In this document: piece by piece, positions 1 through 9,694 of the stretch
Numbering within the stretch: position 1 is the first letter of the stretch
How the letters are laid out: every line of letters starts with the position of its first letter
IMG/VR virus record: IMGVR_UViG_3300038315_001276
Reading direction: 5' to 3' (one strand)
Origin: an uncultured virus (IMG/VR IMGVR_UViG_3300038315_001276)
Lineage: Duplodnaviria; Heunggongvirae; Uroviricota; Caudoviricetes
Length of the DNA: 64,000 nucleotides
Translations under genes and position numbers: made by a program
The notes under the pieces: model-generated
Seen by the model: only the letters and a program-made list of their open reading frames with translations
Databases searched by the model: none
What the model was told of the DNA's origin: nothing

Positions 1-1
1 C

Positions 2-32
2 CGCCGCGCCCGAACACCCTTCGGGCGCGGCG
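2..32. terminator. GC-rich hairpin just outside the left att, probably a terminator
   Basis: CGCCGCGCCCGAA-N5-TTCGGGCGCGGCG inverted repeat. Confidence 0.45.
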
Positions 33-95
33 CATGGTTCACAACCAAGACAGACATCAAAACGCAGGCGCTGAAGCGCGCGGATTATGTATGAC

Positions 96-137
96 TATCA
101 ATAAGTTGAAGTGGTGCGGGTGAAGGGCCTCGAACCC
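96..137. repeat. att direct repeat, left copy (tRNA-Leu T-arm and acceptor end plus 16 bp)
   Basis: TATCAATAAGTTGAAGTGGTGCGGGTGAAGGGcCTCGAACCC, 41/42 identical to 18050-18091. Confidence 0.95.
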
Positions 138-153
138 GACCCAGACCCTTATA

Positions 154-191
154 AATCAATGACTTAGGTGGTGTTTTGTAACCATGTAACC
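154..191. promoter_or_regulatory. IHF consensus site plus putative integrase arm sites
   Basis: AATCAATGACTTA (154-166) fits WATCAANNNNTTR. TGTAACC occurs at 177 and 185, and again at 17989 and 18001. Confidence 0.6.
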
Positions 192-230
192 GCCGTCAGA
201 ATGGGCATTATTACGTAGGGTAAGACAGCA

Positions 231-410
231 TCAGTCTGACTGAACAGCGCGCACGAGTTCTCTGGCGCGTTCCATCAGCTTCTCATCACGCTCTAGCGCG
301 ACGATCTCTTTTTCCAGGCGTTCGAATATCGGCAGATACACCCGGTCAATCAGCACTAGTAGTGCGACCTTTAGTCTTGCGGCCTTAAGGCGTTCTAGTC
401 GTTCGGGCAT
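231..410 (-). CDS. Small hypothetical protein next to att (59 aa)
   Basis: C-terminal part of ORF 231..542. Helical sequence. Start uncertain. Confidence 0.5.
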   Translation of the reverse strand: MPERLERLKAARLKVALLVLIDRVYLPIFERLEKEIVALERDEKLMERARELVRAVQSD

Positions 411-617
411 ATTCTCAATAGGTGCGTGTGTGGTAATAACTCTATCACTGCGTGGCATGTTCTGAAAGGTCGCACGATTGTCAGAATTAGTTCTGCATGA
501 AGTGCAAGCGCTGAGATGCGAAAGGTGGCCATCATCGCGCATAGAGGGCTGGAGTATTCGCTATCAACATAGCAGCCCGCCGGTGTGATCCGGCGGGCAA
601 TATGTTAAGCGGGCGTA

Positions 618-1016
618 TCAGGCGGCGGCGTTGAGGTGCTCCCATTTCGACCGCAGATCAGCCTCTAGCTTCGACGCGTGGATGCGGGCTTTGAGCAATT
701 CACCTACGGCCTCTGCATGTTCTTTCAACTGTTCTGGTGTGAGTGCATACTCTGGGGCTAGATCGTGAAGTTCCCGGAAAAACTTCCCATAAAAACTAAG
801 GTGATCCGCAAGATAACCAAGAGAGGATTTGTCATCTTCCCACACATGCCCAATCAACACACGATCAAGGAAATAGTCCAGATCGACATGGTCGTGCAGG
901 CCCGTATCGTTGCCTGAAAGGATGTAGTTTTCAAGTTCTTCTGCAAACGTGGGTTGGGTCAGGTATTCCCGGAACGTTGCTTTGCCGCCGTTGATCGGTG
1001 TCATAAAGTCAGTCAT
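618..1016 (-). CDS. Hypothetical acidic protein
   Basis: Natural-looking ORF followed by hairpin 575-598. Confidence 0.6.
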   Translation of the reverse strand: MTDFMTPINGGKATFREYLTQPTFAEELENYILSGNDTGLHDHVDLDYFLDRVLIGHVWEDDKSSLGYLADHLSFYGKFFRELHDLAPEYALTPEQLKEHAEAVGELLKARIHASKLEADLRSKWEHLNAAA

Positions 1017-1073
1017 TGCATTCCCATGCGTTTTGGACGGGCCAACGGCCACGTTCTGTTGATGTATAAGACG

Positions 1074-1101
1074 AAAAAAAGCCCCGGCTGCGAAAGCCGG
1101 G
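1074..1101 (-). terminator. Rho-independent terminator
   Basis: CCCGGCT/AGCCGGG stem followed by a T7 run on the minus strand. Confidence 0.65.
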
Positions 1102-1198
1102 ACTCAACGGGTTTATACCACGTTCCTGCCTAAAAGTATCTAGGAAAAAAGAGGTAAATTGCATGCATACGCTTGCGCTGCGAGTTTCTGCGGATCGA

Positions 1199-1366
1199 CT
1201 AATTTCCGCGAACGTTGGCTGGCCAGACACCGCCAAACTCGCCCAGCACCTCGGTGATCCGGTCAGATAGCGGGTGTGGGTGTGCGGGGTCACGGTCCAG
1301 CGCTGTAAGCGCGGCTACGAGGGCAGCGTGAGTTTCGTCGCTCAGATAGGTGTCAGTCAGGGCCAT
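1199..1366 (-). CDS. Unlisted 55-aa protein MALTDTYLSDETHAALV...
   Basis: Translated by hand. GGAG RBS 8 nt upstream of the ATG and a sigma70-like promoter further upstream. Confidence 0.6.
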   Translation of the reverse strand: MALTDTYLSDETHAALVAALTALDRDPAHPHPLSDRITEVLGEFGGVWPANVRGN

Positions 1367-1553
1367 TGTCGGCACTCCAAAGGGGTTGGTCGTGCCGCAA
1401 GATTCTCACAAGCAAATTCAGCGCGCAAGACACAAAACGCTTCTAAGTATTTGTTTTTAATAAGTAAATGATTACTTAGATCGGCCCCCGCAGCGGCTTG
1501 CTATCGCTGCAGGAGCTTTCCGTGAGTGCAAGAGTGACAAAGCCCTCACCCAA

Positions 1554-1568
1554 GAACATAACACGAAC
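1554..1568. promoter_or_regulatory. Alphaproteobacterial LexA (SOS) box
   Basis: Perfect GAAC-ATAACAC-GAAC, intergenic, overlapping a minus-strand TATGTT -10. Confidence 0.65.
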
Positions 1569-1580
1569 ACACCCTGCCCG

Positions 1581-1769
1581 CTAGGTGTTTTTGATCAGAT
1601 CGCCGATTGTGGTGCCAGCCGGTGCAACGCGCAGATGTTTGGCGATCATCTCAATAGCAGTAGTCAATTGATTGCTCCCAGCAGCTCCAATGCTGTCCGT
1701 CAGTGCCTTCGTTTTACGTCCCTGATCAGCCAAGACTGCCGCCGCCACCTGTTCACCGTTCATTTGCAT
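1581..1769 (-). CDS. Hypothetical protein
   Basis: Overlap-coupled to the upstream ORF. Confidence 0.55.
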   Translation of the reverse strand: MQMNGEQVAAAVLADQGRKTKALTDSIGAAGSNQLTTAIEMIAKHLRVAPAGTTIGDLIKNT

Positions 1770-1996
1770 TTACGAACTGCCTCTTCCAACTCCTGCTGGG
1801 TAAAAGCAAAGCGGCGATACAACTCTGCAAAGTCATCGCTCACGCTGTCGATATCGTCGAGCGCCGCTAAGACTGCCCGCTTCACATTCGCGTCGCGATC
1901 TCCGCCGATGTCGAGCGTCTTGCCATCCCCGTTCGGCTTCACGTCGAAAAAGCGCGCCATGTTGCCTTCAAAGCGCCGCCGATCATCGTCCATCAC
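1760..1996 (-). CDS. Hypothetical protein
   Basis: Start overlaps the stop of 1993..2658. Confidence 0.6.
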   Translation of the reverse strand: MMDDDRRRFEGNMARFFDVKPNGDGKTLDIGGDRDANVKRAVLAALDDIDSVSDDFAELYRRFAFTQQELEEAVRKCK

Positions 1997-2658
1997 TTCG
2001 CGTCCTCTGCTTTCTTCTTTGCGCGACGTAGCGCCTGTGTTTCCTTTTTACGTTCGCGAAGACGCTTTACCTTCTCGTCGGGCGTCTCAGCTGCCAGCAC
2101 TTCCTTGGGTGTCATCACATTGGCTTCGGGACGGTCACGGCGGCTTGCATTGCGTTCATCTTTCCCAATCGTCAGCTTGTATTCATCAATGCGCTCACGC
2201 TTACGGTAGGTATCATCAGTGGAGCGCTCAAGCTCGATCTTGATCCGGCGGTTCACCTCCGCAAGTTCCGCCATAACCTCGTGATAGCGCGGTTCCTCCG
2301 GGGTGAGCGTTGCCAGTTCCTGCTCCAATGGTGCCCGCTTTTTGAATTGCCGATCATACCGAGATGTATAGCCATGCACGATCGGGGTTGCTGGATGATC
2401 TGCTCGGATAGCCTCAAGTTCTTCGTCGGTGAACCTCGGGCCGGGGTGTAAGTCGGGAATATCCTCGTCGTTTGCGAGGGCGTCTATGGCGGCGAGTATC
2501 GCGGCCTTACCGCCATCCCCGCCCCAGCTGATCTCACCACTGTCAGACAGGCTGTGGCAGGTCTGCGGGTCGAAGGCGCGGTCCATGCGGTCCTCAAACT
2601 CGTGCTGGCGGCGGCTGCTATAAAATTCGTCGTCGGAAAGGCTTGTCATGTCAGGCAC
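1993..2658 (-). CDS. Hypothetical protein, acidic N-terminus and basic coiled-coil C-terminus
   Basis: 221-aa ORF with upstream TTGCAA-N17-AATATC promoter (2684-2712). Confidence 0.7.
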   Translation of the reverse strand: MPDMTSLSDDEFYSSRRQHEFEDRMDRAFDPQTCHSLSDSGEISWGGDGGKAAILAAIDALANDEDIPDLHPGPRFTDEELEAIRADHPATPIVHGYTSRYDRQFKKRAPLEQELATLTPEEPRYHEVMAELAEVNRRIKIELERSTDDTYRKRERIDEYKLTIGKDERNASRRDRPEANVMTPKEVLAAETPDEKVKRLRERKKETQALRRAKKKAEDAK

Positions 2659-3344
2659 TCACTGCGGGGTATCGTTCCCGTCTGATATTGAGTCGCCGGA
2701 ATCAGCTTGCAAGAGGTGATTTGCGCAATGAAAAATAAACAGCGCTGACCCCATATTTCGTCTGCATCCCTAAAACTACCTGACTATAACATCCCCCCCG
2801 CATCACGCTGGACCGGGAGAAATTTCGACATTTTGGGGCGGTTTTTCGCATTATCTCCAGCGCCGGAGAGGTGAAGCATTCTGGTCGTATTATATATGCT
2901 TTTAAGAGATATTACTGTTTTTGATAACAAGTGCTTCTATACCGTTCTTCTTGACGCCCAGAATGCTTCAACTCCCCGGCTCATGACCTACCCCGGTCAG
3001 CAGACGCGGCACCGGGCACACTGCACCCTAACCCTGCTCCGGTTCCGCGCAAGAAATGTCCGCAATGCACAGAATACCCGCGCCCCAGCCCTCACGCATG
3101 AAGTGCCCCGGCAGAGGCTCCGAAAAGCACCGCAGGATTCGACCTTGCTTGTGTGGGCGACAGGGGTAGCCCAGATGAAAGTCGCGCGCCTAAGGTGCCA
3201 TGCAGCGCCTCTGGAGCGCTGAGATGAAAGCAGATATCATTTGGTATCAAGGGGGCGATAGGTGTTGACCCTGAACCCGGCTTGAGAAACAGTTCAACTT
3301 AGAATTGAGCGCGCCATACTTCTCGATAGATCGGATACCCGCGG

Positions 3345-3566
3345 ATGATAGAACGTGCACTCATTCTGTTGCAGCTACCACTGGCAGCTGCGCTACCTGC
3401 TTGGTCACAGGAGTGCGATCCAAACTATGATCCCTGCATTCCCGTGGCACCTGATGTTGATTGCGCTGATGATAGCGGCAATGGCCCCGCTTACGTGCAG
3501 GGACCGGTTAGAGTAATCGGCACTGACATCTATGGGCTAGATGGCGTCGGCGTCGGATGTGAGTGA
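3345..3566 (+). CDS. Small secreted Cys-rich excalibur-like protein
   Basis: Signal peptide and CDPNY..C.P...DVDC..GNGP.Y..GPV.VIG.DIYGLD..GCE pattern. The DxDxDG Ca-loop looks shortened. Confidence 0.65.
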   Translation: MIERALILLQLPLAAALPAWSQECDPNYDPCIPVAPDVDCADDSGNGPAYVQGPVRVIGTDIYGLDGVGVGCE

Positions 3567-3846
3567 CAACTATTTTGATCCTCAGAGTCTGCGGTGAGCC
3601 AATGATGCCTCATGCCGAAACCTGCTTCGATGGCGGCGTAGAGAAAAGAGCGAACCTTCATTGCGGATTGATGGAGTGATGGCCGCCCTGACTGTGCACA
3701 GAGCGCATCTAATACATTAAATAAATAGTAAGTTACGGTTCCGGCTTGAAAAAAAGTTCTAAAGACTGTTTTTTCGAACTCTCGGCAGTATATTCAACTC
3801 TGTATTGGACCATACTTTCAAACAGGTTTTAGGAAGAGAAGTGTAG

Positions 3847-5397
3847 ATGAGTGAACCAAAAAATATTGAAGTGCAAAAAATCCGTTTTGGCGATCCAGAT
3901 GCACTACACGAGTTCATGAAACAGGATAAAGACGGCTCTTTAGTCCTTCAAAACTCATTTGTGGCTCCGCCTAGAACCAGCCTAAGCGAGCTAAAATCAG
4001 GTTCAAAATATCTTATAGTTGGCCCAAAGGGATCGGGTAAGACCACACTGTTACTCTATTTAATGAGAGACGAGAAATCTGAGTATTCTCGTTTAATTTT
4101 GTTCAAAAGCAACATCCGTTCCGAAGATCGAAACAACTTGGACAAATTGGCCAAGATGATATTTGTGCAAGACCTTGATTCATATCGTATGGATACCAAC
4201 TACCGCACTATCTGGGAGTGGTATCTACTGAAGAATTTTCTAAGGCTACTAAGTGATAGTGATGTCATAGAGGGAAAAAGCCTATTCCGCGACATGGCTC
4301 TACTCTTAGAAGCTGATAAATCAAAATTCTCAGCGCTTTTCGATTCGATCAAAATTGATGGAGCAAAAGGGAACATAACGTTAAAAGTTGACACAGGCAT
4401 TCTGCAAACAGAGATAGCTGCTGAAATCAATGCTCGCAAGGTAGCTGGAAATGAAATACCATTATTAGACCTCGTGCGCCTTGTTCAAGGTGCGCTCCAC
4501 AAGGTTAAGCTCAAAGAAAGTGTAAAGTGTAGACTTTATTTCGACGAGTTAGAGTTTTCCCTTGAAAAGGATGGAGCTGGCGATCGAGATCGCCGTATGG
4601 TCCGTGATCTGATTTTTTCCATCTATAGCACTAACCTCCTGTTTCAGCAGTGTGGTATTAATGCCTTGTGCTATGCCGCAATTAGATCGGAAGTTCTGCA
4701 CTCATTTCCCAGCTCTTCTCAAGAGCTGGGAAAGATTACCAAGGCGTTTGGAACAAATCTTAGCTGGGAACCTCAAAACGATCAGCAAAGTGCAATTCTC
4801 GATATTTTCCAAAATAAGATAAATCAGTCTGAAATTGAAGAGACAGGACACTACCAACTTGATCCGTTAATTGAGTATTTTCCGAGTGAAGTGGGTGGCA
4901 AGGCTTTCTCAAAGTATATTCTTGACCAGGGTGGGCACAGGCCCCGCGGTGTATTGCTGTGTCTGCTGGCTGCCGCTGAACGTGCATGGGGCGCAACAAA
5001 ATTTGAGGCCAGACATTTTGAGGATGATGACAATATTTTTGGCATCGCAATGCTAGATGAATTTAAAGAGGAACTTTCCGCAACGATGTTTGAGGAAGAG
5101 GTTGAAGCGGCACTTTCTCTATTGAGGGGAAAAAATAGCTTTTTCAGTGTATCTGACCTTCGCTCGCGGATGAGCGAATTCAATACGGCGATCAGGAAGC
5201 AAGTCTTTTATCCAGAAAAAGACGCTACCCGAATTATAAATGCACTATATAGAGTTGGCATTGTCGGCAATGCATACTTTACTGAAGAAGGAAATTTACC
5301 GAGGCAAACATGGGCCAATAGAGGATACCCAACGCCACTCATCGACAAAAATTTCGTAGTCCACCTGTCTATACAGAAGGTTTTGCAAACAAATTGA
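3847..5397 (+). CDS. P-loop NTPase (Sll1717/FunZ-like), candidate defence cargo
   Basis: Walker A GPKGSGKT and Walker B RLYFDELE. AT-rich and opposite in strand to the element. Confidence 0.8.
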   Translation: MSEPKNIEVQKIRFGDPDALHEFMKQDKDGSLVLQNSFVAPPRTSLSELKSGSKYLIVGPKGSGKTTLLLYLMRDEKSEYSRLILFKSNIRSEDRNNLDKLAKMIFVQDLDSYRMDTNYRTIWEWYLLKNFLRLLSDSDVIEGKSLFRDMALLLEADKSKFSALFDSIKIDGAKGNITLKVDTGILQTEIAAEINARKVAGNEIPLLDLVRLVQGALHKVKLKESVKCRLYFDELEFSLEKDGAGDRDRRMVRDLIFSIYSTNLLFQQCGINALCYAAIRSEVLHSFPSSSQELGKITKAFGTNLSWEPQNDQQSAILDIFQNKINQSEIEETGHYQLDPLIEYFPSEVGGKAFSKYILDQGGHRPRGVLLCLLAAAERAWGATKFEARHFEDDDNIFGIAMLDEFKEELSATMFEEEVEAALSLLRGKNSFFSVSDLRSRMSEFNTAIRKQVFYPEKDATRIINALYRVGIVGNAYFTEEGNLPRQTWANRGYPTPLIDKNFVVHLSIQKVLQTN

Positions 5398-5618
5398 CTT
5401 TTGTTTGCATGTCTAATCTTTTTGGGAGATTCCGCTATAATCATCCGCTGTGTCGATCTTATAGGTAGTTATCGTGAACTCCATCGAAAATAGAGCGAAC
5501 TACTCGCTCTAGGACCGTGAGATTTCCGCTATTTGGGCGGAACCAGTCCTTGCAGACACTGTTTAGGATGTAAGCCTTGTTCGCATAGCGTTAGGTGGCG
5601 GACCCTTCGAAACCATAC

Positions 5619-7994
5619 CTACCTGTTCAATAGGTTCCCCGGCCTCATCTGCCGCTGTATCTCGGTCACAACCGCGCCGCGCAACGTGTTTTCTAGCTCC
5701 CGAGCCATTTTGCGCGCCAGATCGTTGTTCTGGTCCGGCGTGCCCGCTGATCCGTTAACAGTAACCGGGGCACTGATCGAAATGGTGGGCGCAGAGGCGC
5801 TGGCATGGCCCTTAGAGTTCGGTGAAGGCGAGCGGGCGGCACCGACAAGGCCGCCGCCAGCATAGCCCCTCAGGGCGCTCAGGTGCAGCGCTTCAAGCGC
5901 AGGCACACCGATAGCCTTGGTGGCGGCTGCGCTGAGAACATACTCGCCTTTGTGGACAATGCCTGCAGGTTCAAACCTGCCACCCGCGCCGGTGTATCCA
6001 CCAGCAGCAAAACCGCCACCGATTACCTGCAAGACTTTGCCAAACACTGATCCACCTGCACCGCTGGCAGCTTCAAGCAGCCGCTTCTTGAGCGCCAGCT
6101 TGATCAACTCAAGGATCAGTTGACCCACGGCCTGTTTTGCCGTCATTGCACCGGACGCCATGCCCTCAAATACGCTGGCAATCCGGTCTGCACCAGCGCC
6201 GCTGGCGTTCTGAACCTCTTCGATCTTGTCCGCCGCCAATTCAGCTGCACTGCCCGCGACGGTGTATTCCTTGGCTAGTGTGTCGATTTGGGCGGCAAGC
6301 TGCGGCGTCACTTCCACGCCAGCACGTTGCGCCGCCGCCAGCAGCTCAGCTTTAGTGCAGGCAAACTCCACTGCGTAACCATAGCGAAGCTGTGCACCGG
6401 ATACTTCGGCCAAGGCTTGAGCCTCGATACGTAGGGCATTTGTCTCAAGCACGATATTCTCGATCTCGCGTTCAAGATCGCTCTGCCGCGGCGCACCAGC
6501 GCCGCCCTTGCCACCACCACTGCCGGAAACCTGCTCTGGTGCGCCAAAGCTGGCATCGACGCTCGGTAGCGCAGGGCGCAGAGATGTGCCAACCGCCAAG
6601 CCGGGTGTCGCGGCGCGGTAGCCATTGCGCGACTTCGGGCCGGGGTGCATGTATGACGGCGCAACTGTCTCACCACCCGGCAATGCACCGGGCAGGCTCG
6701 CGCGCAGGGCACGAGCGTTCGCCGCCGCTGTGGCAAGTGCCTTCACCAAGCGGCTAAGGCCCCCGATGACATAACCAAAATCAACACCGTCGATGGCGTT
6801 CACTTCGGCAAGTGTCGCCTGTGCTGTTGCGGTTGTCTCCGCCAGCCGCTGTTCAAACTCATCCGCGCCGATGGCACCGCTTGCTAGATCGTTGACCAAC
6901 TTGCGCATCTCGGTCGCTACCCGGTCCATTGCGTTCGCTGCATCGGTCTGACCCATGGTGCGCAGCTCAGTCGCGACCTTGGCAAGACGGGTCGCATTGC
7001 GCTCAGCGATATAGCCGGTTTCATCATAGGCACTTGCCAGCGCCTCAATCTCTGTGCGGTGCGTCTCTACCGCGCGGGCATCACGGTTTAGCTCATCATA
7101 GATACCCGCGCCCAAAAGCGCGCTGCCCTGCCGCGGATTATCGAAGAGGTTGTCGATATGACTGCGCACCTCTCCAAGTTTAGGCATAGCCTTAGCAATA
7201 CCGAGCACGAGCGATTTCATGAACACATCGGCGCGTGTCTGCAGTGCTGCAAAGCGTTGGTCGAGTTCAGCAGCCTTTTCGATCAGTTCGCTGTCCAGCA
7301 CCGCGCCGGCGTCATTTGCGGCGCGGATGGTATCGCGCAACTTGGCCTCGCCACGGCTGACCAGCTCGGCAAAGCGCTCGCCAGCCGATCCACCGAACAA
7401 TTCGTCGCTGATCCTGATCCGCGCAGCCTCATCCATGCTTTCCATGCGCCCGATGATCTCAAGCAACAGTTTGGAAGGGTCTGCCAGTTTGGCCTTAAGT
7501 TCAGTAGCCCCATACCCCAAGCGGGCAAACGCTTCGGCTCCCGCGCCCTGCCCGGTAACGACAAATTCGTCAGCCCGCAGGTTCAGCTCTTTCAACCCGT
7601 CAACGATCTGATCAATGCCGATGCGGTTCTGCGCGCCTACAAACTTCCATTCCTGCAAGGCCTGAACGCTGACCCCTGCCCGTTTTGCCTCATCCCCGAT
7701 CTGCGCTGTCTCATTTACGATCCGGCCAAGGTTCTGTGACAAACCAGACAAAGCACCTACGGTCAGGCCACCCACCAGACCACCGGCCAAGCCGGGGCCA
7801 AGGCGCTTGAACGTGGCAAGGATGCTGTCACCGGCCTTGCCGTAGGTGTCGCGCAGCTTGTCAGCACTCTGGCGGGCACGGCGCTCCATTTGGTCGCTGG
7901 CGCGGTTCTGCGCAGCGTTGGCGCGCTTTAATCCTTTTTCGAGTTTGTCGATGCGGGCTTCTATATCGACGACAAGGCCGGGAAGGTCAGACAT
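5619..7994 (-). CDS. Tail tape measure protein
   Basis: 791 aa, Ala/Gly-rich and helical, with lambdoid TMP C-terminal motif FAAGGYTGAGGRFEPAGIVHKGEYV. Confidence 0.85.
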   Translation of the reverse strand: MSDLPGLVVDIEARIDKLEKGLKRANAAQNRASDQMERRARQSADKLRDTYGKAGDSILATFKRLGPGLAGGLVGGLTVGALSGLSQNLGRIVNETAQIGDEAKRAGVSVQALQEWKFVGAQNRIGIDQIVDGLKELNLRADEFVVTGQGAGAEAFARLGYGATELKAKLADPSKLLLEIIGRMESMDEAARIRISDELFGGSAGERFAELVSRGEAKLRDTIRAANDAGAVLDSELIEKAAELDQRFAALQTRADVFMKSLVLGIAKAMPKLGEVRSHIDNLFDNPRQGSALLGAGIYDELNRDARAVETHRTEIEALASAYDETGYIAERNATRLAKVATELRTMGQTDAANAMDRVATEMRKLVNDLASGAIGADEFEQRLAETTATAQATLAEVNAIDGVDFGYVIGGLSRLVKALATAAANARALRASLPGALPGGETVAPSYMHPGPKSRNGYRAATPGLAVGTSLRPALPSVDASFGAPEQVSGSGGGKGGAGAPRQSDLEREIENIVLETNALRIEAQALAEVSGAQLRYGYAVEFACTKAELLAAAQRAGVEVTPQLAAQIDTLAKEYTVAGSAAELAADKIEEVQNASGAGADRIASVFEGMASGAMTAKQAVGQLILELIKLALKKRLLEAASGAGGSVFGKVLQVIGGGFAAGGYTGAGGRFEPAGIVHKGEYVLSAAATKAIGVPALEALHLSALRGYAGGGLVGAARSPSPNSKGHASASAPTISISAPVTVNGSAGTPDQNNDLARKMARELENTLRGAVVTEIQRQMRPGNLLNR

Positions 7995-8006
7995 GGGGTA
8001 GTATCC

Positions 8007-9623
8007 TTAGAATATGAAAAGCCCTTCGGCTTCGGGTGCGTTGTATTTGCTCAGCTTGGTTTCAGCGGCGCAGGCTCGGGACACAGCCATCGCGGCGGCG
8101 ATAGCCCCGTCGATCCGGTCAGTCTTCTTGCCTTTGTGCATGCGGATCAGCCCGGATGTCGGATTGCGTGATGCGACCACGCTGTCGAAGTGCTGGCGAA
8201 GCGCTGCATGATCAGCGTGCCGGATCAGATCACCGTTCACCGTGCGTTCGAGGTCACCGGCAGCCACACCCATGTTCAGCGGGGTCTGCCGGTATTCGAT
8301 CACGGGCAGACCGTCATCATGCAGGCTTTGCATCAAGCGGCGAGCAAGGTGCGGGTCCACGGCGATCTCCTGCACGTCATTGGTCGCGCATATCTCCCTG
8401 ATCTGGTCTTCGATCAGCCCAGCGTCGATGATTGGGCCGGGTGTCACAAAGATCAGGCCAGCGTCGCGCCATTCCTCATAGGGCAGCCCGTCGCGATCAG
8501 CGCGGCCCTTGAGGTCATCACTGGGCACAAACAGCCAAGGGTGAACCGTGATCTGGTCATCATCATGACGCCAAGCCGCGACCACCGCGGTCAAGTCACC
8601 AGAGAGAGACATATCAACGCCAAGATAGCAGGGAAGGTCTGCTAGCGCGTCAAAGTCCGGTTCAAACACACGAGCATCATAGGTCGTCATATCAAACAAC
8701 GGGTCGCGGCTATTGGCCTGCCAAACGTTCAAGTTGAATTGCAGGAACGCTGCCCGGTCTGCGGGCTTGTTCTCTGCCTCTTTCGCCAAGCCGCGCATGC
8801 CGTCGATGGACGGGAAGCCATGTGCAAGACCGGGGTTGGCGCGATGCCATACCGTTTCATCCTGCCAATCATCGTCAGGTTCAGCTTGGAACAGGATAGG
8901 CAGATAGGCCGGGTTGTCGATTTCGCCCAGCGCGACGCGGCGGGCATAATTATACTGTTCTGATGCCAAGGTCTCGGCACCGCGTCCGGCAGTCGTGGCG
9001 ATCACGGTCAGGCTGTCACGCACCTTGGCTGCACCACTGCGCAAGGCTTCCCAAAGGTCGCGGCCTTTCCAGATGTGGATTTCGTCGATCAGCGTGAATG
9101 TGGGTGTCAGGCCATGCGCAGCACCGCCATCAGATGACAAGGCGCGCAGCGTGACGTTCTCAGCGTTGAATACGATCTGCTTGGCGCTGTTGAAGGCGTC
9201 ATAGATGCGCGTTGCCGCGATCAGGCGCTTGTCCATGCGCACAATATTTGCGGCCTCACGAAAGCCGATCCCAGCTTGATCACGATCCGCAGCGGCAAAC
9301 AGCACCTGACCGGCTGGCACCCGCTCGGGGCCGATGGTGTGCAGCAACGCAAGCGCTGCGGCAAGGCTGGTCTTGCGGTTGCCGCGTGGCACCAGAAAGA
9401 ACACGTTTTGCACAATCCTACGCCCGTCCGGGTGCCTGGGGCCATAGATGCGCCGCACGATCCGCTCTTGCCACGGTGCAAGCTGGAAGGCACCGCCCGG
9501 TGCGTCGCTGTTTGGATGCCGCAATCGGCGCAGAAACTGAACGGCTCTTTCGCCGTATCCAAGCGGATCGGCTATCGGGCTGTTGTCGTAAATCCAGGCT
9601 GGATATGACACAGAAGCTACCAA
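8007..9623 (-). CDS. terL: Terminase large subunit (HK97-like group)
   Basis: LAPWQ, PRGNRKT, LIDEIH, ATTAG, nuclease motifs GVDMS and RIDGAIA. Confidence 0.95.
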   Translation of the reverse strand: MVASVSYPAWIYDNSPIADPLGYGERAVQFLRRLRHPNSDAPGGAFQLAPWQERIVRRIYGPRHPDGRRIVQNVFFLVPRGNRKTSLAAALALLHTIGPERVPAGQVLFAAADRDQAGIGFREAANIVRMDKRLIAATRIYDAFNSAKQIVFNAENVTLRALSSDGGAAHGLTPTFTLIDEIHIWKGRDLWEALRSGAAKVRDSLTVIATTAGRGAETLASEQYNYARRVALGEIDNPAYLPILFQAEPDDDWQDETVWHRANPGLAHGFPSIDGMRGLAKEAENKPADRAAFLQFNLNVWQANSRDPLFDMTTYDARVFEPDFDALADLPCYLGVDMSLSGDLTAVVAAWRHDDDQITVHPWLFVPSDDLKGRADRDGLPYEEWRDAGLIFVTPGPIIDAGLIEDQIREICATNDVQEIAVDPHLARRLMQSLHDDGLPVIEYRQTPLNMGVAAGDLERTVNGDLIRHADHAALRQHFDSVVASRNPTSGLIRMHKGKKTDRIDGAIAAAMAVSRACAAETKLSKYNAPEAEGLFIF

Positions 9624-9694
9624 CAGGTTACCCCTATCAACTTCTGAAAATTTTCTCTATCTCCATCAAGATTCAAAGCCAAGGAAATGTCTAA

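Noticed and set aside
5486..5500. Second LexA box (GAAA-N7-GAAC)
   Set aside because: One mismatch, lies between convergent gene ends and overlaps a terminator-like hairpin.
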